Of a DNA stretch of 64,000 bases, positions 31,985 to 41,714 are shown piece after piece. The stretch comes from a virus. Below the pieces are notes generated by a model, which was not told where the DNA came from, made no database searches, and worked only from the letters and a program-made list of their open reading frames with translations. The stretch is from positions 96,001 to 160,000 of the IMG/VR virus record IMGVR_UViG_3300034082_004296. The stretch is one strand, 5' to 3'. The translations under genes were made by a program, and so were the position numbers. How positions within the stretch are numbered: the first letter of the stretch is position 1; every line of letters starts with the position of its first letter.

Positions 31985-32305
31985 ATGGGACTAACTATAA
32001 CAGATACTCTTTATACGAGTGCAGGATCTTCTACCGAAACCTACATAAACATTGAATCGGTCGAGCTTAAGAGAGATCAAGGGCTTTCAGTAAAACTAAA
32101 CAATTATTTAGATCGAGCTTCTAGGGACCTTGATCCTAATTCAACTATCGTATGTAATAAGCTTTACTCAAGTGTTTTTATTCCTATTGAAAACGGGTCT
32201 CCAGAATTCGGTGAACTTATCACAACTGCAATACATGCTTTTGCTTACACTAAAATAAAAGATAAGTTAATTGTTGATGGTTTATCAGTAGTTGACGATC
32301 TTTAG
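31985..32305 (+). CDS. Putative tail fibre assembly or chaperone protein
   Basis: 106 aa directly after a fibre gene; MGL...YINIE...FAYTKIK pattern. Function is inferred from position. Confidence 0.5.
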   Translation: MGLTITDTLYTSAGSSTETYINIESVELKRDQGLSVKLNNYLDRASRDLDPNSTIVCNKLYSSVFIPIENGSPEFGELITTAIHAFAYTKIKDKLIVDGLSVVDDL

Positions 32306-33135
32306 TCGATCCACTGATTTAAAGTAAAAGGCATAAGTCGTTCTTCGACCAGTAATCCATTCATCTCGTTAATGATAGTGGGTTCAAACTTAATACCCTT
32401 AGCGATTCCTTTATTTAAAAGAATCGTGTCTTTAAGCACATGAGCCGCCATCTTTTCAGGAGGTCCCTCTAGGACAGCAAAGCAAACATTCCTATGTTCC
32501 TTCATCTTCTCTAATTCAGGCTCCTGAAGTTTATCCAATGCCTCCCTAAGAGCTTTTTCTTTTACTTCGTGAATCGTAACAGTCTTTATCTTCTTAAAGG
32601 AATGGCCCAAGTCTTTTTTACGGTCAATTGACAGCTTCCAAATAGAATACTTTTTACTTCCGACCTGATTAATCACTAGAAATATCTCAGGCTGTTCATG
32701 GATCATCTCATTCATATAGAAGAAATCGATATTATCCATCACATCTAACTGTATGTCCATATAATCTAGCATGAGGTTTAGAAAAACATAATTAGCGTTT
32801 CTAAAGATCTCAACTATCTCTGCTTTTTTAGTGAAAACCTGTTTAAGCTCTGCTGTGATCTGTTTGATTCGTTCTCCTCTCAATGCAGGATGCATCTTAA
32901 AGTCTCGAAGGTTGCCCTCAATCGCCAACGTATTTAGATTTAGGCTATGAAAAAAGAGCTCATAAAAGTGTTCTAGATTACCTTCCTCTATGTCGTGTCG
33001 ATACTTTTGACCCGCTGCAAGCAAGACATAATTAAAGTATTCAGGGTCTAAATAAGATCCTTTAGTCAGCCATAATGGGTCTAAGATTCGTTTCTTTTTC
33101 AAGATTTTTCTCTTTTTATTATTTATTTTACTCAA
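32302..33135 (-). CDS. Hypothetical protein
   Basis: 277-aa ORF on the opposite strand; the start is uncertain (TTG). Confidence 0.75.
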   Translation of the reverse strand: MSKINNKKRKILKKKRILDPLWLTKGSYLDPEYFNYVLLAAGQKYRHDIEEGNLEHFYELFFHSLNLNTLAIEGNLRDFKMHPALRGERIKQITAELKQVFTKKAEIVEIFRNANYVFLNLMLDYMDIQLDVMDNIDFFYMNEMIHEQPEIFLVINQVGSKKYSIWKLSIDRKKDLGHSFKKIKTVTIHEVKEKALREALDKLQEPELEKMKEHRNVCFAVLEGPPEKMAAHVLKDTILLNKGIAKGIKFEPTIINEMNGLLVEERLMPFTLNQWID

Positions 33136-33195
33136 AATCCAATACCAGTTTAGGTAAAAAATTAAAATAAATAAACTAAATAAGAACCAGCCTCA

Positions 33196-35340
33196 ATGGT
33201 TAAAACTACTGTAAAACTATTAATCGATCCTCAAAACAGCTCGCTGACCTTTAGTAAGAACTTTAGGATATTCTCGACTACTGAACCCATCACTGGGATA
33301 ATCGAATTTACTGATTTTGTTGAAGATCTAATAATCGATACTCCAAACACGCTAGACCTAAATGACTTGAGTCGAAAGTTTAGATATTCTAGAAACAGAC
33401 TTGACTGGTCTCTTTGGTATGAAGTTGAACCAGGAAACCTTGGCGATGCTGCCGGTATACTATTGGATGAACATGATGAGTTTTATTTTGAAGTCAAGTA
33501 TGAATATGACGATGGAACATCAGATTTTATGTCCACTCCAATCCAGATCAACGAGATCAAGTTAAGGTTTAGACAAGCTGCACAAGTGGCAAATACTTAC
33601 ACTCCACAAGTGATATGCAGCGACGAGCTTTGTACGTCAATCATACAGAACAGGGATCCTAGCTTTAGACCATATAACGTCGATAGTGCGATAGGCATGT
33701 TTCAGGAGCTTTCATTCTTTACTAACCAACTATACGGTCACCAAGTAGTATACTTTAGGACTCTTCCAGAATCAGACAGCGGTGACTTTGTTTTTAAAGA
33801 ATGGACTCTTTATAAAAACGTGGACCGCAAGTGTATCAAGGTAATGGTAAAAGACAACGCCTTTCCGGATAACGTGCCCAAGTTTACAGAATTTGGAATC
33901 GATTTTCAATTACCTTTTGAGGTAGAGATCGATCATAAATATTTTCAGTCCATCTTTGGAGTCAATTCTGAGCCTAGAAAAAGAGACTTTCTCTACTTTC
34001 CTCTCTTAAATCGAATGTTTGAGATCCAAGGATCTTATCTACATCGTGGTTTCATGATGGCACCGACCTTTTGGAAGATTCAGCTCAAGAAGTACAATCC
34101 AAACATCGATATGTTACTCACTGATGAGACTCGGACTTTCCTAGATAACGTGATACTTAGTGCTGAAAATCTATTTGGGGATGAAGTCACTAAAGACATT
34201 AAGGACGGAACCATGCCAGAACAATATAAAAAGATCACAACGACCTTTGATTCCTCTAGAAAGTCTCTACATCCAGACCTGATTCAGCGTCCTCTCAAGT
34301 ACACATACAATTTTTCTCCTCTGATTGAAAACTACTATGATCTTGGAGCAATCTTGCCGAGCGATCTTACTGTTGAGCTGACTAATGATTCACCAGTCAT
34401 ATCGACAACACAACAAATATTCAACTTACCTAACCTTGATAACATTCCTACTTCCCCGAACGAAGTCATCTTGGCATATCAGGACAGCTACTTATATCTT
34501 ACTTGGAAGAATGGAGCCCTAATGACCAATGATAAAAATGTCGGCGGCGTTACTACTCGATATGTTAGAGTACGTGGGCCTTTCGATTCGATCGCAAATC
34601 ATATCGGTGAAAACGATGAGGGTAGATACATCCGGATCGAGGCATATCGTGACACAAGCCTTAAGGCTCAGAAAAACATCCTATATAATAATAGCGGACC
34701 TGTCCCGACTGCTCAATTCAAGATCAGAGATACTGCTGTAGTCTATAACGCTCAACCTAAATTCGATGCAGTATCAAATAAGAATCTTTCTTTTACGTGT
34801 CTTTTCAACGTGCCAAGCTCAGCAGACACAATAAACTTTATTGATGGTTACGATAACGTTGATTCAAAAGGAATACGAATAACTTCTGCATTCACTAGAT
34901 ATAATTCTACTCAACCTGAGGGAGACCTGGTCATCACAGTATTAGTAAATAACGTGACAAACACGTATACTATAAATAACTTTGTGAGTGATGTATGGCA
35001 TGCGATGGTCATTTCAATGTCAAATGAGTTTTTACAGTGTGGAGCATACGTCTATCGTATCAAAGAGGATCCAAGTGACTTGGTCAACCATAACGATTTT
35101 ATTAGGATTCTCTCAACAACCTCTTCTTTTGCTCAACAGACCTTTGACTTGACCCAAAACTATACTCTACCTAGTTCCAAGATCTTGATAACTAACATAC
35201 GAGTGTTTAATACCATGTTGAGGGAGGAGGAGCATGACTTTATATTGAGCCAGCAGTTCCTAAAGGACGAGTCAATGTTGGTCTTGATAGATAACTGCAG
35301 ACCTCAAACTAATTTGCCGTATATCGCTAAAAACCGATAA
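33196..35340 (+). CDS. Neck/head-completion protein (T4 gp14-like core) with extra N- and C-terminal (LamG-like) domains
   Basis: LYGHQVVYFR...FGID...EPRKRDFLYFPLLNRMFEI resembles gp14; the C-terminal WHAMVIS...ITNIRVFN is LamG-like. Confidence 0.65.
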   Translation: MVKTTVKLLIDPQNSSLTFSKNFRIFSTTEPITGIIEFTDFVEDLIIDTPNTLDLNDLSRKFRYSRNRLDWSLWYEVEPGNLGDAAGILLDEHDEFYFEVKYEYDDGTSDFMSTPIQINEIKLRFRQAAQVANTYTPQVICSDELCTSIIQNRDPSFRPYNVDSAIGMFQELSFFTNQLYGHQVVYFRTLPESDSGDFVFKEWTLYKNVDRKCIKVMVKDNAFPDNVPKFTEFGIDFQLPFEVEIDHKYFQSIFGVNSEPRKRDFLYFPLLNRMFEIQGSYLHRGFMMAPTFWKIQLKKYNPNIDMLLTDETRTFLDNVILSAENLFGDEVTKDIKDGTMPEQYKKITTTFDSSRKSLHPDLIQRPLKYTYNFSPLIENYYDLGAILPSDLTVELTNDSPVISTTQQIFNLPNLDNIPTSPNEVILAYQDSYLYLTWKNGALMTNDKNVGGVTTRYVRVRGPFDSIANHIGENDEGRYIRIEAYRDTSLKAQKNILYNNSGPVPTAQFKIRDTAVVYNAQPKFDAVSNKNLSFTCLFNVPSSADTINFIDGYDNVDSKGIRITSAFTRYNSTQPEGDLVITVLVNNVTNTYTINNFVSDVWHAMVISMSNEFLQCGAYVYRIKEDPSDLVNHNDFIRILSTTSSFAQQTFDLTQNYTLPSSKILITNIRVFNTMLREEEHDFILSQQFLKDESMLVLIDNCRPQTNLPYIAKNR

Positions 35341-35342
35341 TT

Positions 35343-36128
35343 ATGAAAATATCAAATAACGAAAACATCAGAAACGAGAACGTTCAGGATATATTCCTTA
35401 GGAACGCTACTCTTACTATGCTTGATCTCCTAAACCGTCAGGTGATAATCGATCTAAAAAGAAACGATAAAGTCGAACAGTATGAGATTCCTTTCTTCTA
35501 TAACTTTGGTGGGGACGAAGGCTTTATGAAGGACTTTTTTATTGACCTGCCGACTGACTGCAAGTATCCAAACCATGCAGAAGGAAACTATGAACAGATG
35601 CCCAGAGGAATCGTCACTCTTTCTTCGTTTGCTATCAAACCATCAGATATCACAAATAAGTTTGTTCGAGGTAGTTTTAATCAAGAGATCCGGGATGAAA
35701 ACGATCAAAAAATGCTAAAGGCTTTTTCGGCTAGGCTTTTTACTCTACCGATGGCCTTGACCTTCAATATCAAGATAGAGAGCGATAACATCAATAAGAC
35801 ATTCAAGATCATGGAAAAGATCTTTGATTTTTATTATAAGAATCAGGTAAGATATTTCCAATTTAGAGGGGTCAGAGTGCCAGCACAAATAACTTTTCCG
35901 GAAACTGCACAGTTCACCAAGAGTTATAGCTTTGTGTACAGCGATGCAAACATCGTTAGCATCTCGCTTGACCTAAACATGGAGACTTACTTTCCTAGCT
36001 TTGACGATCACTCTAAGATGTATAAAGGCAACACAATTAAGCAGTTTAATCTTCGTGAAACCACAGGAGGAGATGATAGTGCGATCAGCGATAGTTGGAT
36101 AGACCAAGATTACCCACCGGCTGAATAA
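35343..36128 (+). CDS. Tail sheath stabiliser / tail terminator (T4 gp15-like)
   Basis: MPRGIV...PMALTFNIKI...IMEKIFDFY pattern; follows the gp14-like gene, as in T4. Confidence 0.65.
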   Translation: MKISNNENIRNENVQDIFLRNATLTMLDLLNRQVIIDLKRNDKVEQYEIPFFYNFGGDEGFMKDFFIDLPTDCKYPNHAEGNYEQMPRGIVTLSSFAIKPSDITNKFVRGSFNQEIRDENDQKMLKAFSARLFTLPMALTFNIKIESDNINKTFKIMEKIFDFYYKNQVRYFQFRGVRVPAQITFPETAQFTKSYSFVYSDANIVSISLDLNMETYFPSFDDHSKMYKGNTIKQFNLRETTGGDDSAISDSWIDQDYPPAE

Positions 36129-36139
36129 ATAATATTAGC

Positions 36140-36712
36140 ATGGAAGCAAGAATAAAAAGTTTTAGTCAGTTTATTGGAGAGTCTAGGATCTCAGAAAGCC
36201 TTCATTATCACATCGATAATGGGATAAGCATTGCCGAGTCAGTATTTAGGCCAGGATCGGACTCTCACATTCAACTCCTGACCGAGGCTCGAAAAAGTTT
36301 TTATGACGGTTTACTTATACTTGGAGTGCACGATCGTCGACTATTTGAATCGACTGATCTTGGTCTTACTGGAATATTTAACGGAGTTGTGGTCCCATTA
36401 GATCTTCCATTGGAAAACATTGACCTTAATGAGGAGAAGTCTCCTCGATTAGGCTATCCTAAGCGGGGAGGAGCCAAGAAATATCACGTTTATGTGAGAA
36501 ACCCCAAAACAAAAAAAATAATTAAGATCGCGTTTGGTGATGTGCATGGAGGACTCACAGCAAAGGTGTCCAATCCAAAAGCCAGAAAGTCATTTGCTGC
36601 TCGACACAACTGTGCTGAGAAGAAAGACCGAACTAAAGCTGGATATTGGGCATGTCGCATCAATCGCTACGCTCACCTATGGGGCGGAAAAACTTATCCT
36701 GGATTTTGGTAA
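36140..36712 (+). CDS. Putative head-internal protein (capsid-targeting tag; basic C-terminal domain ARKSFAARHNC...AGYWAC)
   Basis: Starts MEARIKSFSQFIGE; late motif at 36124-36131. Confidence 0.75.
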   Translation: MEARIKSFSQFIGESRISESLHYHIDNGISIAESVFRPGSDSHIQLLTEARKSFYDGLLILGVHDRRLFESTDLGLTGIFNGVVVPLDLPLENIDLNEEKSPRLGYPKRGGAKKYHVYVRNPKTKKIIKIAFGDVHGGLTAKVSNPKARKSFAARHNCAEKKDRTKAGYWACRINRYAHLWGGKTYPGFW

Positions 36713-37320
36713 TGAAACATCTATTAACATATCAACAATTATTTGAGGATGCGACTCAAGTAGAGTCTATACCTACAGAAAAAACTAAGATATCTGGCGG
36801 AGATATCATATTTTCTAAAAACAAGACGGCTCCTTTGCTCATGGTCTACGGTGGAATACCGGTTGGCGGAAAACAAAGTGGTGGAGAAAATGGTTACATG
36901 TGGAAATATGTAGATAAACTAAAAAACAAATACCACATATTCGTTGCATCAAACCATAGAGTAGACGGTGATTCTACATATAAAAGCGTTTTACAACAAT
37001 TAGAAAAATATGGAATAAAACCTTCATCAAAAGTACTATATCTTTTTTCTGGAGGATATCGTCCAGGTATGCCCATTTTAAAAAATAAGGCGGCCGATTT
37101 TTCTAAAGTCTTATTAGTTGATATTTGGATGAAGGGCTCAATTATCTCTGATTTTTATACTAAATTTGCTAAAGATAATTCGTCAAAAGTTAAATATTAT
37201 TACACTGATTTTGGTGCAAATAATTCAACCGCTCGAGATCTAATCGTCAAGATTGCAAGTACTTCAAAGAAAAAAACTGGTCACATGGAAACTAATGACG
37301 ATGCTGTTAGTTCACTATAG
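36712..37320 (+). CDS. Alpha/beta-hydrolase-like protein with a capsid-targeting tag
   Basis: Track ORF 36646..37320. The likely start is the ATG at 36712 (TAATG coupling; MKHLLTYQQLFE). Motifs LLMVYGG, LYLFSGG (nucleophile elbow-like), LLVD and a C-terminal GH. Confidence 0.55.
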   Translation: MKHLLTYQQLFEDATQVESIPTEKTKISGGDIIFSKNKTAPLLMVYGGIPVGGKQSGGENGYMWKYVDKLKNKYHIFVASNHRVDGDSTYKSVLQQLEKYGIKPSSKVLYLFSGGYRPGMPILKNKAADFSKVLLVDIWMKGSIISDFYTKFAKDNSSKVKYYYTDFGANNSTARDLIVKIASTSKKKTGHMETNDDAVSSL

Positions 37321-37336
37321 TAATAGATAAAGAAAC

Positions 37337-37609
37337 ATGAAACTGCCATTTGAAGAGACTCAAATAACCGACGACACTTATATTCGTGAGTTTTCACAAG
37401 AGTCCGATGTTAATGAATTTACCTGGCATAGGGATGATGAAGATAGAATGATAGTCGCGACTGAACCTACTGATTGGAAGATCCAATTAGAGAACAAGTT
37501 ACCTCAAGGATTAAGTTCAACCGTATTTATAGAACGAGGAGAGTGGCATAGATTAATAAAAGGAACAGGTAAGCTTACCGTAAAAATAACAAAAAGCGAT
37601 AACTCATGA
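37337..37609 (+). CDS. Cupin-fold protein
   Basis: WHRDDEDR and FIERGEWHRLIKG correspond to cupin motifs 1 and 2. Confidence 0.7.
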   Translation: MKLPFEETQITDDTYIREFSQESDVNEFTWHRDDEDRMIVATEPTDWKIQLENKLPQGLSSTVFIERGEWHRLIKGTGKLTVKITKSDNS

Positions 37610-38295
37610 AAAACCTATTAAAATACAATCAATTTTTGATTCTAGAACAAGGAACAAATTCTTGCCCATTGGCAACTCAAAATCTTGAGTTAAACACTAA
37701 AAATAGGAATAAGTCAATAGAGGCAGAATATATTCAATATGGCCCATTAAATTTGAATGATGAAGATTATTGGGCAAGGTACGCTAAAAAATGGAATACT
37801 GAGCCTGAAGTCGCAAAGAAATCTAATTGTGGAAACTGTGTAGCCTTTGATATTTCTCCAAGAATGGAAGCGTGCATGCCTGGTGAAGTCAGTGATCCTG
37901 AAGGAAGACTTGGTTACTGTTGGATGCACCATTTTAAGTGTCACTCTGCCCGTACTTGTTATACCTGGGCAGCAGGCGGACCTATTACAGAAGATCAAGT
38001 TTCAGCGGATTGGCAAAGTAAAAATGGAGGAGAGGTTAACGAAAAGAGAAAAACCAAAAATTCTCCAGACTGGCACGATTCAGATGCACCAGACGCTAAT
38101 GGAAAATTCAAAGAACTTGGAGTAAAGGAGCTAGCTAAATGGTTAATTAGAACTAGGGGTGGAGATATGCGTAAGATTACAGGAAGCTTAAATCAACAGA
38201 TAGTCTTTAACCGAAACGATAATCCAAGTTATGCTAAAAAGATGGAAAGCGTTCGTGCAGAAGTCAAACGACAGTTAGCTAAAAGAAAAAAATAA
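37606..38295 (+). CDS. Putative head-internal protein with a Cys-rich (HiPIP-like) domain and a basic C-terminal domain
   Basis: Starts MKNLLKYNQFLILE; contains CGNC...C...GYCWMHHFKCHSARTCYTW. Confidence 0.7.
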   Translation: MKNLLKYNQFLILEQGTNSCPLATQNLELNTKNRNKSIEAEYIQYGPLNLNDEDYWARYAKKWNTEPEVAKKSNCGNCVAFDISPRMEACMPGEVSDPEGRLGYCWMHHFKCHSARTCYTWAAGGPITEDQVSADWQSKNGGEVNEKRKTKNSPDWHDSDAPDANGKFKELGVKELAKWLIRTRGGDMRKITGSLNQQIVFNRNDNPSYAKKMESVRAEVKRQLAKRKK

Positions 38296-38301
38296 AAAGG
38301 G

Positions 38302-38766
38302 ATGATTCTTACATTTGAACAATACTGTATTCTTGAGAGCAAAAAACAAAAGGCTCATCCTAGAAAATATAAAGCACCAGAAGGAAGCTCTCGAGATAAG
38401 AAACTAGATAAAGCGCAAGACCTACTTAAATCTGGCAATAAAGAAGAGGCATACCGACTTCGAGACGATATGGAGAAAGCCGAACGAGAAAAGAAGGGCT
38501 GGAAAAATACTCCACGAAAAGACTCTAAAGTAAATGAAGCTAAATCGAATAACTTAAGTAAAGAAACACTTGCTAAGATTAGAGCAGTTGCAACTAAAAA
38601 AGGTTATTCATTTGCTGATTTAAAACGTGAATATATCAAAGGATTGGGTGCATTCTATTCTTCAGGTTCTAGACCAGGAATGACTGCTCATCAGTGGGCT
38701 ATGGCAAGAGTAAACTCAGCAAGTCCAAGTAAATCTTGGGCAAATGTCAAAAAAGTAAAAAAATAA
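38302..38766 (+). CDS. Basic putative head-internal protein
   Basis: Starts MILTFEQYCILE; Lys/Arg-rich; contains GLGAFYSSGSRPGMTAHQWAMARVN. Confidence 0.7.
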   Translation: MILTFEQYCILESKKQKAHPRKYKAPEGSSRDKKLDKAQDLLKSGNKEEAYRLRDDMEKAEREKKGWKNTPRKDSKVNEAKSNNLSKETLAKIRAVATKKGYSFADLKREYIKGLGAFYSSGSRPGMTAHQWAMARVNSASPSKSWANVKKVKK

Positions 38767-38769
38767 AAT

Positions 38770-39321
38770 ATGTTACTTAACGTAAGACAAAACGGATTTA
38801 TCTTTAACTTTCCACCGGACTTTTTTGCGCCTGAAATCAAGGAAAAATACAAGAAATATTATCAGAGTCTCATATTGCCATATGACACGATTGATGAATT
38901 TATGTCAGCCACGATTCAGTCTATCGACTTTCCTGGATGGACGATGGATCCTGCAACACAGACTCGACTATTTGGTAAACAACAAGAATACAAGAGTTCA
39001 AAGCAAGTGGTAGACTTGTTCACTCGAGAGTTTACCCTGACCTTTAAGCTTACTGATGCATACTTAAATTACTTTATTTTCTTAGAGAACTCTCTAAAAT
39101 ATCTGGATTTCAATAATAAGAACCAGCCGACGTTTTCTCCTATGCGACTATCCCTATTAGACAATGAGGGATATTTAGTCTCGTCAATCATTTTTAAGAG
39201 ACCGGTCCTAAAAAGCCAAGATGGTTTTAAACTATCATATAGTTCATCCACGCCAGACTTTACCACTTTTACTGCAAAATTTGTCTATTTTGATTTTGAT
39301 ATTGAGTTAGATTTTAATTAA
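38770..39321 (+). CDS. Tail tube-fold protein (T4 gp3/gp19/gp54-like)
   Basis: QSIDFPG...FTLTFKL...NYF...L.YS...FTAKFVY pattern. Confidence 0.55.
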   Translation: MLLNVRQNGFIFNFPPDFFAPEIKEKYKKYYQSLILPYDTIDEFMSATIQSIDFPGWTMDPATQTRLFGKQQEYKSSKQVVDLFTREFTLTFKLTDAYLNYFIFLENSLKYLDFNNKNQPTFSPMRLSLLDNEGYLVSSIIFKRPVLKSQDGFKLSYSSSTPDFTTFTAKFVYFDFDIELDFN

Positions 39322-39347
39322 AACTCTCAGTGTATTTCATAGTATAT
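39321..39347 (+). promoter_or_regulatory. Putative bipartite promoter AAAC-N17-GTATAT upstream of the glycosyltransferase cassette
   Basis: Shared bipartite motif; no RATAAATA motif in this gap. Confidence 0.5.
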
Positions 39348-39375
39348 TTTAGTCAAAATAACACTATTTTGACTC

Positions 39376-40266
39376 ATGGCAAAGAAACCCGTAAATAAGT
39401 TTTCAGTATTCCACATCGAAGGAGGTTTAGGAAAACACATTGCTGCGACAGCCGTCGCAAAATGTATCAAAAATAATCACCCAGACCGAGAGCTAATAAT
39501 CGTCTGTGCATATCCAGAAATATTTTTAAACCTATCTTTCGTTGATAGAGTTTACCGGATTGGGAACACTCCATACTTCTATAGAGATTTTATTGAAGGA
39601 AAGGACAGCTTAATCTTTAAACATGAGCCTTATTTCACGACAGATCACATTCATCGTGAGTTACCCTTAATTGAAAACTGGTGCAAGTTATACGACTTAA
39701 ACTTTTCAGGAGAGTCGCCTGAACTAGTCTTTAACCTTCGACAGAGACAGTTTGGATTTAAAAAGTGGAACAGATCTAAACCTATTGCTGTGATTCAAAC
39801 AAATGGGGGACCTTTACATGACCAACCCTATCTTTATTCTTGGACTAGAGATATCCCTTATGATATATCAAGTTCATTGGTAAATCAATTGAGTCTAAAC
39901 TATCATGTGATTCAAGTATGCAGGTCACAGGAGCAAGTAATACCTGGAACAGAGGTTATCTCTGAACCAATGTCAAATATGGAACTTCTTTCTCTTCTGC
40001 TTTTCTCAGAAAAGAGAGTGCTAATTGATTCTTCTCTACAGCATGCATCAGCAGCCTTAGGTTTAAAATCAACTGTTTTATGGATAGGTACTTCACCCAA
40101 GGTGTTTGGTTACTCCTTACATTCCAATATAGTAGCAGATCTTCCTAATACTGTGAAACTGCCTGATAGTTATCTATTTGACTACAATTTCAATGGATCA
40201 AATCACGAGTGTCCACTAGTTGATGAAAACATCTTTGATGTTTCAGAAATATTGAACTCCCTATAA
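39376..40266 (+). CDS. GT-B glycosyltransferase (GT9/heptosyltransferase-like)
   Basis: GGLGK, AKCIKNNHPD and IDSSLQHASAALG...VLWIGTSP..FGY motifs. Confidence 0.8.
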   Translation: MAKKPVNKFSVFHIEGGLGKHIAATAVAKCIKNNHPDRELIIVCAYPEIFLNLSFVDRVYRIGNTPYFYRDFIEGKDSLIFKHEPYFTTDHIHRELPLIENWCKLYDLNFSGESPELVFNLRQRQFGFKKWNRSKPIAVIQTNGGPLHDQPYLYSWTRDIPYDISSSLVNQLSLNYHVIQVCRSQEQVIPGTEVISEPMSNMELLSLLLFSEKRVLIDSSLQHASAALGLKSTVLWIGTSPKVFGYSLHSNIVADLPNTVKLPDSYLFDYNFNGSNHECPLVDENIFDVSEILNSL

Positions 40267-40901
40267 TGGATTTTACTCATCGACCCATAAATATCAATGA
40301 GTATTTCGATAAGATCTTTTACATCAATCTAGATAAGGATGTTCATCGCAATGAGAACCTACTTCAACAGTTTGAAAAGTTTAACATCACAAACTTTGAA
40401 AGAGTCACCGGAGTCAGAGCCATGCAGATTCCAGAAAGATCACAATATCGTAATTTCATAAAATCTGATTCAAAATACATAATGGGTCAGCTTGGGTGCA
40501 GGGCTTCTCACATATCGGTTGTACAGCTAGCCAAGGCTAGAGGATATTCAAGGATCCTAATACTAGAGGATGATGTCCTATTTTTAGAGGACCCATCATC
40601 ACTTCTCATGGCAAACCAATGGTTACATAATGACTGGGACATGCTATATTTTGGCGGATTAGTCGAACCCTTTTTTAGAAACCAAATAGTGTGTGCACAC
40701 GCGTACGGAATAAATTCAAACCTGTTTGATGATATTCTAGAACTTGGCCCAGTGTCTGGCATGGAGATAGATAATTTTTATGCAAAGATAATTCAACACA
40801 TGAGTTATAATCATACGAATATAGGTAAGTATAGAATTAGAATCATCCAGCCATTTAACAAGATAGTCCAGGATAAAAATCACGAATCTAACATTATATG
40901 A
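40266..40901 (+). CDS. Glycosyltransferase family 25-like
   Basis: YINLD...R, GCRASH, ILILEDD, WDMLYFG and AHAY motifs. Confidence 0.88.
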   Translation: MDFTHRPININEYFDKIFYINLDKDVHRNENLLQQFEKFNITNFERVTGVRAMQIPERSQYRNFIKSDSKYIMGQLGCRASHISVVQLAKARGYSRILILEDDVLFLEDPSSLLMANQWLHNDWDMLYFGGLVEPFFRNQIVCAHAYGINSNLFDDILELGPVSGMEIDNFYAKIIQHMSYNHTNIGKYRIRIIQPFNKIVQDKNHESNII

Positions 40902-41713
40902 AAAAACTATTCTTTCAGTCATCATTACCTAGAGCAGGTTCTACCCTTTTGCAAAACATAATGGGTCAGAATCCAGAATTCTATGTGACACCCACTTCGG
41001 GAGTCCTAGAGCTAGTGTATGCTGCCAGAAACAATTACACTAATTCGGCTGAGTTTAAGGCACAGGACACATCCCTAATGAAAACTGGATTTACTCAGTT
41101 TTGTCACGATGGAGTATTGGGATTCTTTAATGGAGTCACAGATAAGCCTTATGTTTTAGATAAGAGCAGAGGCTGGGGAGTACACTATGGGTTTCTAAAC
41201 TCTTTTTATCCGGATCCCAAGGTAGTGTGTATGGTGAGAGACTTGCGTGGAATATTTGCCTCAATGGAAAAAAACTTTCGTAAGAATCCTCACCTTGATT
41301 CAGGAATAGTGAATCACGCTACGATGACAGGCACGACCACTGAGAAGAGAATAGATGTTTGGTCATCGGGTCAACCTGTAGGGCTTGCAATAGAAAGATT
41401 ATATCAGATATTTAAGGAGGGCATTGATAAAAAGATGCTCTTTATCAAGTATGAGGATTTAGCCAAGAATCCTGAACCCGAAATGAGGAAGATTTATCAA
41501 TACTTTGAGCTTCCTTATTTTAGTCATGATTTTGATAATATTGAGCAGATAACTCAAGAAGACGATTCCGTATATGGAATATATGGCGATCACAAGATTC
41601 GTAAAAAGCTAGAGCCATTGAAATCTGATTATAAAGAAGTATTAGGCCAAGAAGCCTGTAACTGGATCAAGAATAAATATAGATGGTTCTATGATGAATT
41701 TAAGTATTATTAA
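40898..41713 (+). CDS. PAPS-dependent sulfotransferase
   Basis: 5'-PSB loop SLPRAGSTLL, DKSRGW, 3'-PB motif VRD.....S, and KYEDL..NPE. Confidence 0.9.
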   Translation: MKKLFFQSSLPRAGSTLLQNIMGQNPEFYVTPTSGVLELVYAARNNYTNSAEFKAQDTSLMKTGFTQFCHDGVLGFFNGVTDKPYVLDKSRGWGVHYGFLNSFYPDPKVVCMVRDLRGIFASMEKNFRKNPHLDSGIVNHATMTGTTTEKRIDVWSSGQPVGLAIERLYQIFKEGIDKKMLFIKYEDLAKNPEPEMRKIYQYFELPYFSHDFDNIEQITQEDDSVYGIYGDHKIRKKLEPLKSDYKEVLGQEACNWIKNKYRWFYDEFKYY

Positions 41714-41714
41714 A

